A DNA stretch of 64,000 bases from contig NC_058380.1 in NCBI RefSeq assembly GCF_018350175.1, positions 86,304,001 through 86,368,000 on the forward strand. The letters run 5' to 3'. The DNA comes from Felis catus. Lineage: Eukaryota. A program made the position numbers and the translations under genes. The notes below the pieces were generated by a model. The model saw only the letters and a list, made by a program, of their open reading frames with translations, made no database searches and was not told the DNA's origin. This document shows, piece after piece, positions 25,533 through 37,382 of the stretch. Positions within the stretch are counted from its first letter, which is position 1; each line of letters starts with the position of its first letter.

Positions 25533-25615
25533 AACAAGGGGCTGAAGGCACTGGAAGCCATGGCCTTGACCCCTGGGGTCTCCCCTTTCCTTTAGAAGGA
25601 ATGGAGGCAGCAGAG

Positions 25616-25653
25616 GGAGGAGGAGGAGGAGGAGGAGGAGGAGGAGGAGGAGG
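25616..25653. repeat. (GGA)n microsatellite
   Basis: About 12 GGA units. Confidence 0.95.
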
Positions 25654-25735
25654 GAGGAACAGTGACGGCGGCGGGCAATGGGAAAGACCCGCCGCCAGCC
25701 CGGTCTCAGGGAGCGACCCGAGGTGGTCATGCTAC

Positions 25736-25915
25736 CTTGTTGCCAAGAATTGGGACGTAGCCGTCGCTGATGCTCCATTTCTTGAGGTTGACAGGCCTGC
25801 GGGTGCGGCCTCGCAGGGAGCCATAATGGAAGACCTCATTGGCACTGTTGGAGCTGTAGAGGATGAGGATGGTGATGAGGGCAAAGAGGATCACGAACAC
25901 TGCTGACCGCTGCTC
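25736..25915 (-). CDS. ST6GALNAC6: ST6GALNAC6 exon encoding the transmembrane anchor and stem (EQRSAVFVILFALITILILYSS...ILGNK)
   Basis: 180 nt, phase 0 at both ends, hydrophobic type II anchor. Confidence 0.95.
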
Positions 25916-27744
25916 CTGGAGAGGGGAGAGGCTGGTGAGCGCCCAGCCGCCCGGCAGGCCCCCGCCTCATCCTTGCCACCCACCACGCCTGGCTCACTCC
26001 CGCTCTTCGTTCCAGACCAGCTCGGATACCACCTCGTCTGGCCCCCGAGTACCCCCTATCACAGCGCCGGTCACACTGTTCAAACTGCAGCCCCCCCAGT
26101 GAGGCCATGAGCTCCGCGGGCTGGGACCGAGATGGCCTCCATGGCCACCGTATCCCAGCTCCCAGAGCACAGAAGCACGGAAGGTTCTCAAAGAAGGCTT
26201 GCTGGATCGGACTGGATGTGGGTGTCAGAAGGACCCCTCCAGCTACAGCTGGGAGGATGCCTGGAGACAGGTGGGACATTCAAAGGAGGGGAGCCAGGTC
26301 TTCCCCAAACAGTAATCCAATGTCATGTTTATCATTCATTAAAGCTGGAGGGGACGGATCTGGTCAGGAAGTGGGATGCACGGGACAAAGTGGGATGCAT
26401 TGTCACTGTCAGGGCAGGAAAGCGATATCCAAAGTGTCCCTTGGGATTCATCTGCCCAGGGTCGGCACAGCTAGGCGAGGCCTGGAAATCCTGGCTCCTT
26501 GCGCTAACCGCCCCTCTGTGCTGGTTATTCATGTATCGCTTCTCAGCTCCAAGTTCACCCTTTTTGCCTGTCTGTGCAAATGGACCTGGGCCCTTGGATG
26601 CACGTCCTTGGCAGCTAAACGCAGATGAAGCTTTGTCAGGAAAGGATGCTGGAGAGGCAGTGCAGGAGAAAAGGAGTTGGCTTCCTGCTTCTGGTGGCTT
26701 TGACGCCCGGTCCCGGTGCCTTTGCTCCCCCAGAGCACACGGCTTCCACAGCACATGTGGCCAGCAGCTTCCTCCTGTACGTGCCTTCAGGCACTTTGGG
26801 AGCAGAGTGTCTCTGGCCCCTTCTATGATCACAGCCTCTCTAGAGCTCAGCGGGTGTAATACACTCAACCACACACAACACCCAGAGACCATGAGCTTCC
26901 CCGGAGCAGTTTTGTATGAGCTCCGAGTGCCTCCTGGGAGTCGTCTCCTGTGAGCAGCCTTCCCCGTAGCCCAGGGAGTGGTTTTGTGACGACTTCCACC
27001 AGCAGACCGCCACAGTGAGTTCTCTGCCACCCGGTGGGCCAGAGCTGTGCCCTCTCCAGCAAGGCCTGGGTCTCGGCCCTGCCGGTGGTGGCTGTTCCTT
27101 GTACTGGCTATTCCTGTATTTCTCAGAATGCCCATCCCTCGTGACTCCAATGCCCGGCTGTAGCTAATGATTCTTTATGTTAAACTTTCCCTGTTCAAAT
27201 TACTGTGTGCTTTCTCTCTCTCAGTTGGACCCACACTGGTACGTCCACACCACACCACCCCCAACCCTCAGGCTCTTTCTTCCAAAGCTTCGCTGCAGTG
27301 GATCCCAGGAAAGGTGTGTGCAGGGCCAGGCGCATAATAGGTGCTCAGGAAAGCAGGAATGAATCAATCATTCTGACAGCCTCAGAGTGAGGCAAACAAC
27401 ATTCTGTCATCTTTGACTCTGACCACTGCTCAGAGCAGTACCCTCCGTCCAGCACATCCCAGTGCTGTGTCCATCACATGGGCCAATCCTTTACCACAGA
27501 TGGACCAGTCAAACCTAGGAAGACACAGGTGGATACGGGCCCAGAGAGAGGTAGGAGCTTGCCCAAAGCCACAGAGATCAGTGGCCACGGCAGAGCTCCA
27601 GCCAGGGCCTCTGGGGCATCAGGCACTTCCTGGCCGGGAAGAGGCACTGGTGGTTGTCTGGGTCTGGGGCACAGATCCAAAGGAGCCCATTTCACTGGGT
27701 AAATAAAAGGCCGAGATCGGGACGAGAAATGAAGGGGGACTTAC

Positions 27745-27835
27745 TTTGCTGCTACTCATCTCTCTCCGGCGTCTGCTGAGGGGCAGGGGCCGGCGTCCTG
27801 CAGGTGGCCCAGGGGGCAGGGATGTGGGGTCACAC
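27745..27835 (-). CDS. ST6GALNAC6: ST6GALNAC6 exon 3 (CDPTSLPPGPPAGRRPLPLSRRRREMSSSK); contains the internal ATG (Met35)
   Basis: 91 nt, tgcag acceptor and gtaagt donor. Confidence 0.92.
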
Positions 27836-29439
27836 CTGCAAGCCACAGAAAGGGTTATGGCCACAGCTGGTCAAAGGCTACACCCTCCCCACCCCGCCAG
27901 CTCTCCTACCCACCCATGACTTCAAGGCTCAGGGTCATATGCATTTTGCAGAGAGAGACACTGAGGCCCGGAAAGGGCAGGAACCTGCCTTCAGGTCACA
28001 CAGCCCGGTGGTGCAGAGCCTGACCTCTCTCCTTGCTCTCTCTTTCTCTCTCCCACTCTGCTTCCTGAGCAGGGACCTTCCCACTCATTAGCTCTCCTAG
28101 GCAGCTGGAGGGCCTAAAGCTGGCTCCCAAGCTGGGGGGCTTGCCCCCCACGCAGCAAGAGCCCCACTGTATATTCCTACTCTGACTTAGGTCCCCGTGG
28201 GCTTGGAATAAAGCACTATTCCTTATAGGTCCCCAAACTCCTCTGCACAGGCAGCCCTCCAGAAGTTGCATCAACTGTCCCTCTGTCTAGAATACCCTGC
28301 CCTCTTGGACCCTGCTCATGCCCTCTCAGCGTCCAAGCCTAGGGTAGACCAGGAACTTCCTCTGTGTGTCCCCTCACGGCTAGGCTGAGAGCTCTCCGAG
28401 CGTGCAGCCGGCACAGATCCTCACTCACATTCTCCACTGTGCCTCCAAAGGCGTGGAGGTGGGTGCAGGAGGTTCGCTGAATGACTTCGTTAATTAACAA
28501 CAAGCCCTTAGGAGTTAAGGGCACAGACTGGACAATCGGCTATAACCACAGCCGCACCCTCAGAGGGTAGGTGGGGAGCCTCAAGTAACAGCCCTTCCTT
28601 CCTGCCCCAGTTGGCCCTTAGCAGCCGCAGCTGCGAGGGGACCTCCTCACAGGCCCTAGCTCCTTTCCGACCTCAATTTCCCCACCTGTCAAAAGGGAGT
28701 AAGTACTTGCATCCAGCCACCTCCAGCAGATTCAAGGCCAAAAGGCACTAAGGGAGGGAGAGTGTGCAGAAGAGAAACGGAGGCCCAGGGCTCCCCAGCT
28801 CGGTCCTCCCCTCCAGGGGCCTCCCGGCCCCGCCACTATCCCCACCCCTTGACCTGGCGGCTGTTTACTCCTACACAGCCACCAGGAATAGCCACGGCAC
28901 GACAGGCCAAAGGAGGCTCCCCCCCACATGCCGCTCCTGATTGGTTGGGCCATGACTCCGCCCACTGCCCAACCCCACCCCCTTCTCCGCGGAAGCCCCC
29001 CTCCTCCCAAGCCGGGTTTCAGATTTCAGATTTCCCCCAGGCCGGAGGCCCGGTCAGGGCGCACTGGGGACTCTCACTGGGTACAGTGCCTGCCACACAG
29101 ATCAGGAAACTGAGGCTCATTAGAAGAGAAAAGCAGCTTGTCCTAGGCCTTACAGCCCTTTGGGGAGCAAGACGGGTGTCCAGAATCCCAGGGTCGCGCT
29201 TATGAGCACGGACCCTCTGGCTGGCAGTGCAGGCCATCTCGGTCCAGCCTCCCCTCTCACTACCCTTTGCTTCGGATGCCCCAAGCTCCAGACACACCAG
29301 AGCACTCCAGTTCCCAGGCCGACCCAATACTTTCCCACCTTTGCCCGAGCAGTGACCTCAGCCAGGACCACCGACCCCCTGGTCAGCCCCGTCACACTCC
29401 TGCTCTGGGAAGGTCCTGGTCATACAGCATCTCAGGTGC

Positions 29440-29590
29440 CAGTGCGAATCCCGGTTCCACCACTTACTGGCTGAGGGGCCTCGGGCAAGCCATGTGACCT
29501 CTCTGAGCCTCAGTTTCCTCATCTCTGAAATGGGAATGAATAATAAGAGTAGGTGACTTACGGGGTTGTTGAAAGGATTCAAGCAGCTGC
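29440..29590 (+). mobile_element. MIR SINE (exonized in antisense by ST6GALNAC6)
   Basis: MIR core gaatcccggttccaccacttactggctg...ctctgagcctcagtttcctcatctctgaaatggg. Confidence 0.85.
29468..29493 (-). CDS. ST6GALNAC6: ST6GALNAC6 first coding exon (MACPRPLS); whole exon about 29468-29524, MIR-derived
   Basis: ATG...AGCCA|GTAAGT, phase 2, in frame with exon 3; resembles the human MACSRPPSQ start. Confidence 0.85.
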
Positions 29591-30399
29591 GGCAAGGGAA
29601 GCAAGGAGCTTCAAGTGCTGGGTCAGTGCCTGACAGTAGCTGTGAGTCGTGTGGGTATTCATTGTTGAAGGCCTGCCTCACCTTCAGCTTAAATGCTGCC
29701 CCTTGTTGGACACCTGGCTTAGCCACTTCCCTCTAATATCGAGGAAGGCGTGCAGGGAGCCACACTATGCATCACGCACTCACCCAATCCTCCTGGCCAC
29801 GCTGCAAAGGAAGGGCTCTTACTTCCCATTTCACAGATAAGGAGAGTGAGGTTCAGAGAGGCCAAGCTCCTTGCACAGCTGCCCAGAGTCTGCTGGGGAG
29901 CCTTGTTTACAGCTTGTTTGCAGGGAGCAGCCCAGGGCTGAGCCTGCCAGGATCTCCTTCCAGGATCTCCTCGCGCTGGAAGGGGCCAGAGGCCACCAAG
30001 TGTGTGCCCAGCACCTGGCCCAGCACCAGGGAGCAGGCCTGCTGGGGAGCAACTTGCTAAGGCTGGGGAGGCGGCAGCCCAGAGCACCGGGCCAGGAGCG
30101 TGGCCTCAGCCCCGAGGCTGGTCGTTCAGGAAGAGGGCTCAGTCGTGGGCTAAGGGTGGGGGCCACACCCTGCCCTCTGTTCGGGGGCTTTGCCTCTCTC
30201 GGCCGGGGGGCTGGGGGAGGTGGGGTCCTCCTGCAGGGTCGAGAAGCCCCCACAAGCCGCTCGAGAGGAGGGCTCCGGGGAGGAGGGGGAGGGGGCTCCT
30301 AACGTCTAGATGGGGGAGGGCGCTGAGCCCGTGGGTCCACCAGTGGGGGACGACTCACTCTCTGCGCCCCCTCTTGCGCTAAGCCCCCGATTTCCGCAC

Positions 30400-31100
30400 T
30401 CTGGGGGGGTCCGGAGCCCTAGCGCCAGCTGGGACGAGGAGGGAGGCAGGACGGCGGCAGGTCCCCGAGCTCTAATGGGGTAGTCAGTGGCGGGGGCCCC
30501 GCGAACCCCGCGGCAGCCCTAGGGCGCGAGGACCGGTACCTCCAGGCGCCACCGCCGAGAGCGAGCGGGTCTGGAGGAGCCCCGAGGCCCCGCATCTTCC
30601 CCATCCCTGGCGACTCCCTGCCCCCGCCCCGGGGCGCAGGCAGAGCCCCCCCTCCCGCTGCCCGCCTCTGCGCGGCGCCCGCTCACCTCCCCCGGGGAGC
30701 GCCCGGCCCCCCGCGGCCCCCGAGCCCCCTCACATGGCGCCGGGAGCCGAGAGCCGGGGTCCGCGCTGCTCCGGCCGCCCAGGCCCCGCCGCAGCCCACG
30801 CCCGCCGGGTCCTAGCGCCGCCGCCGCCGCCGCTCTGGCCCAGGCCGGGGAGGCGGGCGGAGCCTGGAGGGGCCGCGGGTGGCTCCGCCCCCCGGGCGGC
30901 GCCGGCGGGGAAGGGCGAGGGGCGGGCGACCCCGGGACCCGGCCGCGCTGGCGCGTCGCTTGCCCCTCTGGGCAGCCGGTAGGGGCAATGAAAACCGCAG
31001 CAGCCTTCTGGAAACCTTCAGTGTGGGTCGGGCCCGCTTCTATCTCGCTTTACTGCCGCCACGACCCGGATGGGGAAACTGAGTCCCGGAGCACGCTGAG
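30400..31100. promoter_or_regulatory. ST6GALNAC6 promoter CpG island
   Basis: Extremely CpG-dense with several GGGCGG boxes. Confidence 0.85.
30687..30840 (-). other. ST6GALNAC6: ST6GALNAC6 non-coding exon 1 (5' end approximate)
   Basis: GAG|GTGAGC donor at 30686 inside a CpG island; GC boxes upstream. Confidence 0.65.
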
Positions 31101-31399
31101 CTTGGAACCAGTTGAGTTCCTCTCTGGGCCCCCTCCCCCAGGACCTCCAGAGCCCTGCATCCAGGAGTCACCGTGGGTGAACTCACCGGTCCTCCTGTGG
31201 ATTCAAGTCCAGCTGTGTGCCGCCCCACCAGATGTTGGGTCGTGGCACATTACTTACCTTTCCTCTGCCTCTGGAAAACAGGAAGAACGACCTCATAGGG
31301 TGTTTTAAGGATTCAAAATGTTATGTTACTTATAGGTACTGGGGTATACATGACATCATTTCATGTGATAACGAAACATAACAATTTAAGTAGCCGTTC

Positions 31400-32090
31400 T
31401 AGGAGCCTGGTTAAATAAAGGCACAGCCCCGCTAAAATGGATGATGCAGGGTCCATATGCACTGACAGGAAGGCATGTCCAGGATATTTACAGGCTATTT
31501 AAGTGAAGAAAGCAACTTAAAGAAGTTAATCATTCTAGAAAAGGAAATGGTAAGACTTTGCTTTCCCCTCCTGCATGTGTGTAGTCTGGAGAAATTCTTT
31601 CACGTGTACACAACAAAATCCTGAGTGGCAGTCCTTGAAATAACACCAAACTGGAAACAGCCTATATATCCATCAACAGGAGACTGGATTTGTTTCCTTT
31701 GCAATATGCGGCGGTGAAATATTATATAGCAGGGAAAACGAACAAGCTACAATGACATGGATGGGTTTTAGAGACACGAGCGGTGAAAAAGACAAGTCCC
31801 AGAAGACAAAACTACACACTATATTAAGCATACAGCTGGCAGCAGGCTACTTCTCCCAGACAGGGAGGGGGTTAGCTTTTGCCTATCCGAATGATTAAAG
31901 TTTTACAAGCAAGAACACAGTTGTCTCTGTGGGGTAGGCAGGGATGCAGGAAAGGGGAGGGAGGAAACAGAGGCGGGCATTTCTAGTGCCACTCTGGTCT
32001 TTAAGTGGGACGTGGGTTTTGAGAGGTTCACTATATTGTTATGTTTTATAATTTACAAGAATGATCTATGCCACCATTTGTATGTATCAC
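31400..32090 (+). mobile_element. Old L1 (L1ME-like) 3' fragments
   Basis: ccaaactggaaacagcctatatatccatcaacaggagactggat matches the L1 3' region from memory. Confidence 0.6.
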
Positions 32091-32095
32091 AGTAA

Positions 32096-32306
32096 TTTTT
32101 TTTAATGTTTATTTATTTTTGAGACAGAGAGAGACAGAGCATGAACGGGGGAGGGTCAGAGAGAGAGGGAGACACAGAATCGGAAACAGGCTCCAGGCTC
32201 CGAGCCATCAGCCCAGAGCCCGACGCGGGGCTCGAACTCACAGACCATGAGACCATGACCTGAGCTGAAGTCGGACGCTCAGCTGACGGAGCCTCCCAGG
32301 TGCCCC
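32096..32306 (-). mobile_element. CAN-SINE with TSD ATGTATCACAGT
   Basis: TSD at 32082-32093 and 32307-32318. Confidence 0.92.
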
Positions 32307-32339
32307 ATGTATCACAGTTATTAAAAGGTGAAAGAAAGA

Positions 32340-32545
32340 GGGACGCCTGGATGGCTCCGTCGGTTCAGTGTCCGACTCTTGATTTTGGTTCAGGTCATGA
32401 TCTCATAATTCGTGAGACTGAGTCCCAAGTCGGACTCTGTGCTGAGCCTTTTTGGGATTTTGTCTCTCTCTCCCTCTGCCTCTTCCCTGCTCGTGCATGC
32501 AAGCGCACCCTCTCTCTCTCTCTCTCTCTCTCAAAAATAATAAAG
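32340..32545 (+). mobile_element. CAN-SINE
   Basis: SINEC head, (CT)n and A tail. Confidence 0.88.
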
Positions 32546-32839
32546 TTTTTTTAAAAAGCACTAAAAAAGTGAAAAAAGGACAGAGATAATCAAATTAAAA
32601 TAAGGAGATACTTTTTTGCCTATCAGCGATTAAAGTGTTAAGAGTGGTTATTTCTTCAATGATGAGATTATGGGCTGCTTTTTTTTTTTTTTTTTGGCTT
32701 AACTGTATTTTCCAGAAATTTTAAGATTAGCAGCCACAATGTTTTTATATTTAAAAACTGAGTTTTTAACTTATAAAAAAATGAACTGCATCTATAGCAT
32801 GATTCCTTAAAAAAAAAAAAAGACAACTATGGGGGGGGG

Positions 32840-33042
32840 GGGAGGTGCCTGAGTGACTCAGTCGGTTAAGCATCTGACTTTGGCTCAGGTCATGATCTTG
32901 TGGTTTGTGGGTTCAAGCCCCGTGTCGGGCTCTGTGCTGACAGCTCGGAGCCTGGAGCCTGCTTTGGATTCTGTGTCTCCCTCTCTCTCTGCCCCTCCCC
33001 CGCTCGCAATCTGTCTCTCTCAAAAATAGACATTAAAAAAAA
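32840..33042 (+). mobile_element. CAN-SINE
   Basis: SINEC body. Confidence 0.88.
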
Positions 33043-35258
33043 TTTTTTTAAAGTATATAACTATGCCTATATATTTGTAAATGTACACAAAAAGTCTGGA
33101 AGAATCCACACTGGACCACTGGCAGTAGTTTCTCCCTGGAGAATGGATGTGGGGCAGGAAGGGTGGGTGCTACCTTTATTTTCTGCTTCATAAAGTTCCA
33201 GGCTGTTTACATTGGACTCGTTTGTTAATACCACTTTGTTTTAAATTAAAACCAAGGGGGGGGGGGCGTGCCTAAGGTCCTTCCTCCAGGTTGTGTAGAC
33301 ACTGCCCACCAGGCAATAGGGCTCAGTGGGGAGGGCCAAAGGTGGATTGGAGGCTTCTTGCCCCTCTGGTGTCCACCTCCATCCACTTCCTGAGCCGCAC
33401 CCCACTTCAGCCCCAGACCTCTCACCCTGCCAGCAGGAGGACACAAAACCACAGGGCAGGGAGCAGGGCAGCCGGTGGGAAGCTTGGTTATGGGGGTTCA
33501 GAGAACAGGAGCCCCTTGCCCAAAGTCACCCCTCAGGTTAGAGCCTCTACCAGGGGTAGGGGTTTCCTGTCCCCAGCTCTTCTCCCTGCCCCAGGCCAAT
33601 GACAGGGACTAGGGAGATCAGAGTGTTGCAGAACCAGTTCCTGGACCAAACCCGGACCTGGAGCTCCCCCCTCAGCCTGCCGGGCCAAGGCTTATTCCAG
33701 GAAGTTCTGCTGTAGGGCTGACTTCCCTTTTCCTGGGCCCCCCCAAAAGAACCACTTCAATAATAACAAGGATAAGAAAAACAGCTCCAGTGGGTCGCAT
33801 GCCAGGTGCTTTCTCCTGTGCTAAGCACTTTGCAGATACACCTCACTGAATCCTTAAAATAACCTATGCGATGGGTACTACTACCCTCCAGAGGGAGAAA
33901 GTGCCACTTGGGGTGCGCACAGGTGCCCAGGCTGGGATTCCCCCAGGCCTATCTGCTGAATAACCACAAGTCATTCTGCCCCAAAGCCCAAGGCCTGCCC
34001 CACACCCACAGCAGGGCTTTCATGGATGGGTGGCCATGGCCAATTCTGGTGCTGTTCCCCAACTCTGCCCGGAGCTGGTCCTCCCCACAGAGCTGCCCAA
34101 CCATGGTGTGGGGGAGATGGCCTCTGCTTCAGGCCTTCTTGTCCCAGGGTGGGGGTCCTGAGTGTGACCACCTTCCCTTCTTATCCCTTAGCAATCTTTG
34201 CACTGTTGGGATTTTTCCCTTCCGCGGGGCCCTAGAAGGAGCCCTCAGAGACTCCCTCACCTGCCACCCTAGCTCCCAATTTACACAGACCCAAACCAAG
34301 GCCCCGAGAGGGGTCAAGACTTGCCCAGGTCTCTCCCTCCTGGGTCCTGGGCACAGCCAGTGTGGGAGTCAAGCCTGGGAACTCCAGGCTCTTTTCCTCT
34401 GGACAGAGAAGAGGCCAGTGAGCGTCTCTGGCAGGTGTGGGCCTGCACACAGGAGCTGCTCCCAAGCGCATGTTCCCAAGACCTGGGCAGTGGGTCTGGA
34501 ACCAGGAAGTAGCTGGCCCCAAGTTCCTTCTGAGAAGAGGCCCCTTAAGACACTGCCAGGCTGTGAGGCTCACCTGGTTTCCCCTCTGACCTCAGGAGGA
34601 ACTAGATGAGTCCTCAGCAGGCCTGCCGAGGGGACAAAGGAGCAGGGGTGTGGACAGGAAAACAGATCCCCGAAGGGGGGCTGCACACACAGTGCCCCAC
34701 CTGGCCACACTCCTCAGAGCTGGGAGGAAGGTCCCGCCCCCAACTCACCTCCTGGAAGCTGCTGGAACTGCAGTGGCGGAGAAGAGGCTTCTTCAGAGAA
34801 CCTTCAGCAGGCCCAGAACCAGTCACCAGAGCAGCCAGGGGTCATTGTCTTTGGCCCGGAGGAAGAAACTGGTGGACCGTGCCTGCCAGGTCACCATCCC
34901 AGAAAGACACATTATTTAGGCCAACCCAGCAATAAACATCCCACCCCGGGGGCAGGACCAGGACAGAGGCTCCTCTGTGCACTGGGCCCAGGGGCTGAGC
35001 CAGCATCTCCCGGGGGACGGAAGAGGAGGAGGAGGCAACCTCTTGGAAGGGGTGTGAGTTCAAATCTCCCCAGAAACAGCAGACTCTGTCCTTGGAGACC
35101 CAGGACAAGACTGTGAGCAGGGAGGCAGCTGGTCAGGGCCAAGGAGGGCAGGGCCGATGCTGAGCAAGGGAGATCCCATTGAAAATGATAGTCCCACACA
35201 TCAAGTGTCATCCCTGGGGCCACCTCGGTGAATTCATACAATTCCATGAGGTAGGGAC

Positions 35259-35261
<3 letters not shown>

Positions 35262-35295
<34 letters not shown>

Positions 35296-35377
35296 TAGAC
35301 TCCATGCCTACATGGGGCTTGAACTTACAACCCCGAAGTCAAGAGTCGCATGCTCTACGAAGCCAGCTGGGCGCCCC
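35262..35377 (-). mobile_element. Short CAN-SINE with long poly-T and TSD GGACTACTTT
   Basis: Ends gggcgcccc; the duplication flanks the element. Confidence 0.75.
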
Positions 35378-35823
35378 AGCGAGGACTACTTTAATATCTT
35401 TCACAGATGAGCAAACTGAGGCCAGGAGGAAGGCACTAATCTGCCAGGATCCCACGGCAGGAGCCTGAGGGAGGCCAGGTCTCACTCCAGAGCCCTCCCT
35501 CCGAGCCTGGAAGTTCCCCCACCAACCCTCTGCCTGCCAGGTTACATTCCACCCTTACCTCTGCCCAATACCTGCTCAGAGACACTGGCCACTGCCAGGC
35601 CAGCAGCTGGCGTTCGGCTGCCAGCCTGCTCCTACTTCCCCAGCTCAGGGCTCTTCCCGCTCCTCCCACGCTTGCAGAGCCTTCTGGGCCTGCCTGGCAC
35701 TGGGGCGGGGGAGGCCGGGCGCATAAAGCAGTGCCGTGGGCCAGGGGCCGGGTCTCCAGGCTCTCCTGAGAAGGCTGGGGGCAGCAGGGGGAGCGTGCTC
35801 CCTGGCACCCCGGCTCCGTGGCG

Positions 35824-35980
35824 CAACTGGCCACATAGTTTGCGGGGTGCAGCGCAAAATGGAAGTGCGCAGCCCCTTGTGACAAAGCACTGTTAAGAAT
35901 TTCAGGTTGACAACAGCAGAGCGTTACGCTAAGCATAAGATCCTAAACAACTGCGCAAGTCACATGCCCGTGAGGTGGGC
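35824..35980 (-). mobile_element. MER91A-like DNA transposon relic
   Basis: Reverse complement ...gctctgctgttgtcaacctgaaattcttaac...cattttgcgctgcaccccgcaaactatgtggccag matches MER91A from memory. Confidence 0.65.
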
Positions 35981-36118
35981 CCCAAGCCCTGGAGCTGGGG
36001 GAGCTAGGACCCCAGGGCTCCTCCATCGCAGCTGACAGCCTGAGGTCCTGGGGTCCTGGTTTTTCATTAGTTTCCTGGTCTCCAGATTAAGGAAGGAGGC
36101 AAGGAGAGAGGGAGCGGA

Positions 36119-36182
36119 GGAAGGAAGGAAGGAAGGAAGGAAGGAAGGAAGGAAGGAAGGAAGGAAGGAAGGAAGGAAGGAA
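36119..36182. repeat. (GGAA)n microsatellite
   Basis: About 16 GGAA units. Confidence 0.95.
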
Positions 36183-37382
36183 AGAAAAGGAAAAAGGGAG
36201 GGAGGGGTAGTTAAGTACTTTCACGGGCTCTCCCCAGCCCTCTGGTGCAGGGCCCAGGCACTCAGACCCCTTGCTCTCCTGGCTCAGCCAAGTGGCTTCT
36301 CCTTATCTGTAAAATGTGCTAACTCTGTCCCGCTCCCCAAGGTGGCCCCAGACCCTTGTTCACCGGCCCTTGCTGTTTACTGGTGAGTCTGTTTTTCCCG
36401 CCCTACAGGTGAGGAAAGTGAAGCTCTGCCTGCCTGCCTTGCAGTGTGACCAACTTCAGAGTTAACAGGGGATTTAACTGGCAAGATGCTTGGAATTTAA
36501 CCCACGGAGCAGGGAGGTGACACGGGGTGGGGCACTTTCCTTCCCACCCTGAGTCATTTCCTCCCCAGCTCTGGACTCTCCTCCCACTGGTACAGGACAA
36601 GGGGTACCCTGGAAGCTGCTGAGGTGGGGCATTCCCCGTGCCAAGTGCAGCCAGGGAGCCAGACTTCCCGGCCCGGTGAGGAAGAGGCTTCCTGACTTGG
36701 CGGGGAAGCAGGTAGGCTCCTGGGGAAGAAACACGTGGGCAGGTTAAATGCCAGAAGTCCAGCCGGCTGTGGGCCCGGGGAGGGGCCCAAGGACCCAGCC
36801 TGCCCTCGAGTCAACAGGTTATGGGATTGTGGCAGGGAGAGGAGCCCCAATCCCCACCCCCAGACACATGACCACACTTCAGACAGGCTTCCAGAAAACA
36901 CATGTTTACCCGTACACTCCAGAGGTGGCCCTGGCAGTCACAGTTCAAAGGCCCCTTCGCCCAACGAACCCCAAGCTCCAGCCTGGGAAATGTGGCACCA
37001 AAGGCAGGTGGAGGGGGGACAGTGAAGAAGGACCAGGGCTGTTGAAAGATCGAAGATCACAATGCTGGTGAGTTGAGGGGCCATCAGCCCCGGGGGCAAA
37101 GGCCACTGGACAGACCCAGAGGGGGGGTGAACCCCAAAATGAAGATTTGGATTACTCAGAAAGTGGGGTGCAGGGAAGGGCTGCAAAGGTCACCACAGTC
37201 CTCCTCTTCTCCCCCTCAAGTCGGGAGGCCTAAGATGGCTCCAAGTGTCCCCAGGGTAGGGCCAGAAGGGACCTTAGGTCCACTAGGCATGTGGCAGGAG
37301 ACAGGATCCATAAATTAAATGTTTCCGGTGGAGTGTGGAACAGAGGCCCGGTGAGGGCCTTGTGGCTGGCTAGGCGATGGGG

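Noticed and set aside
36119-36182. (GGAA)n as an ETS-fusion-type enhancer
   Set aside because: That activity depends on an oncogenic fusion context. Here it is an ordinary microsatellite.
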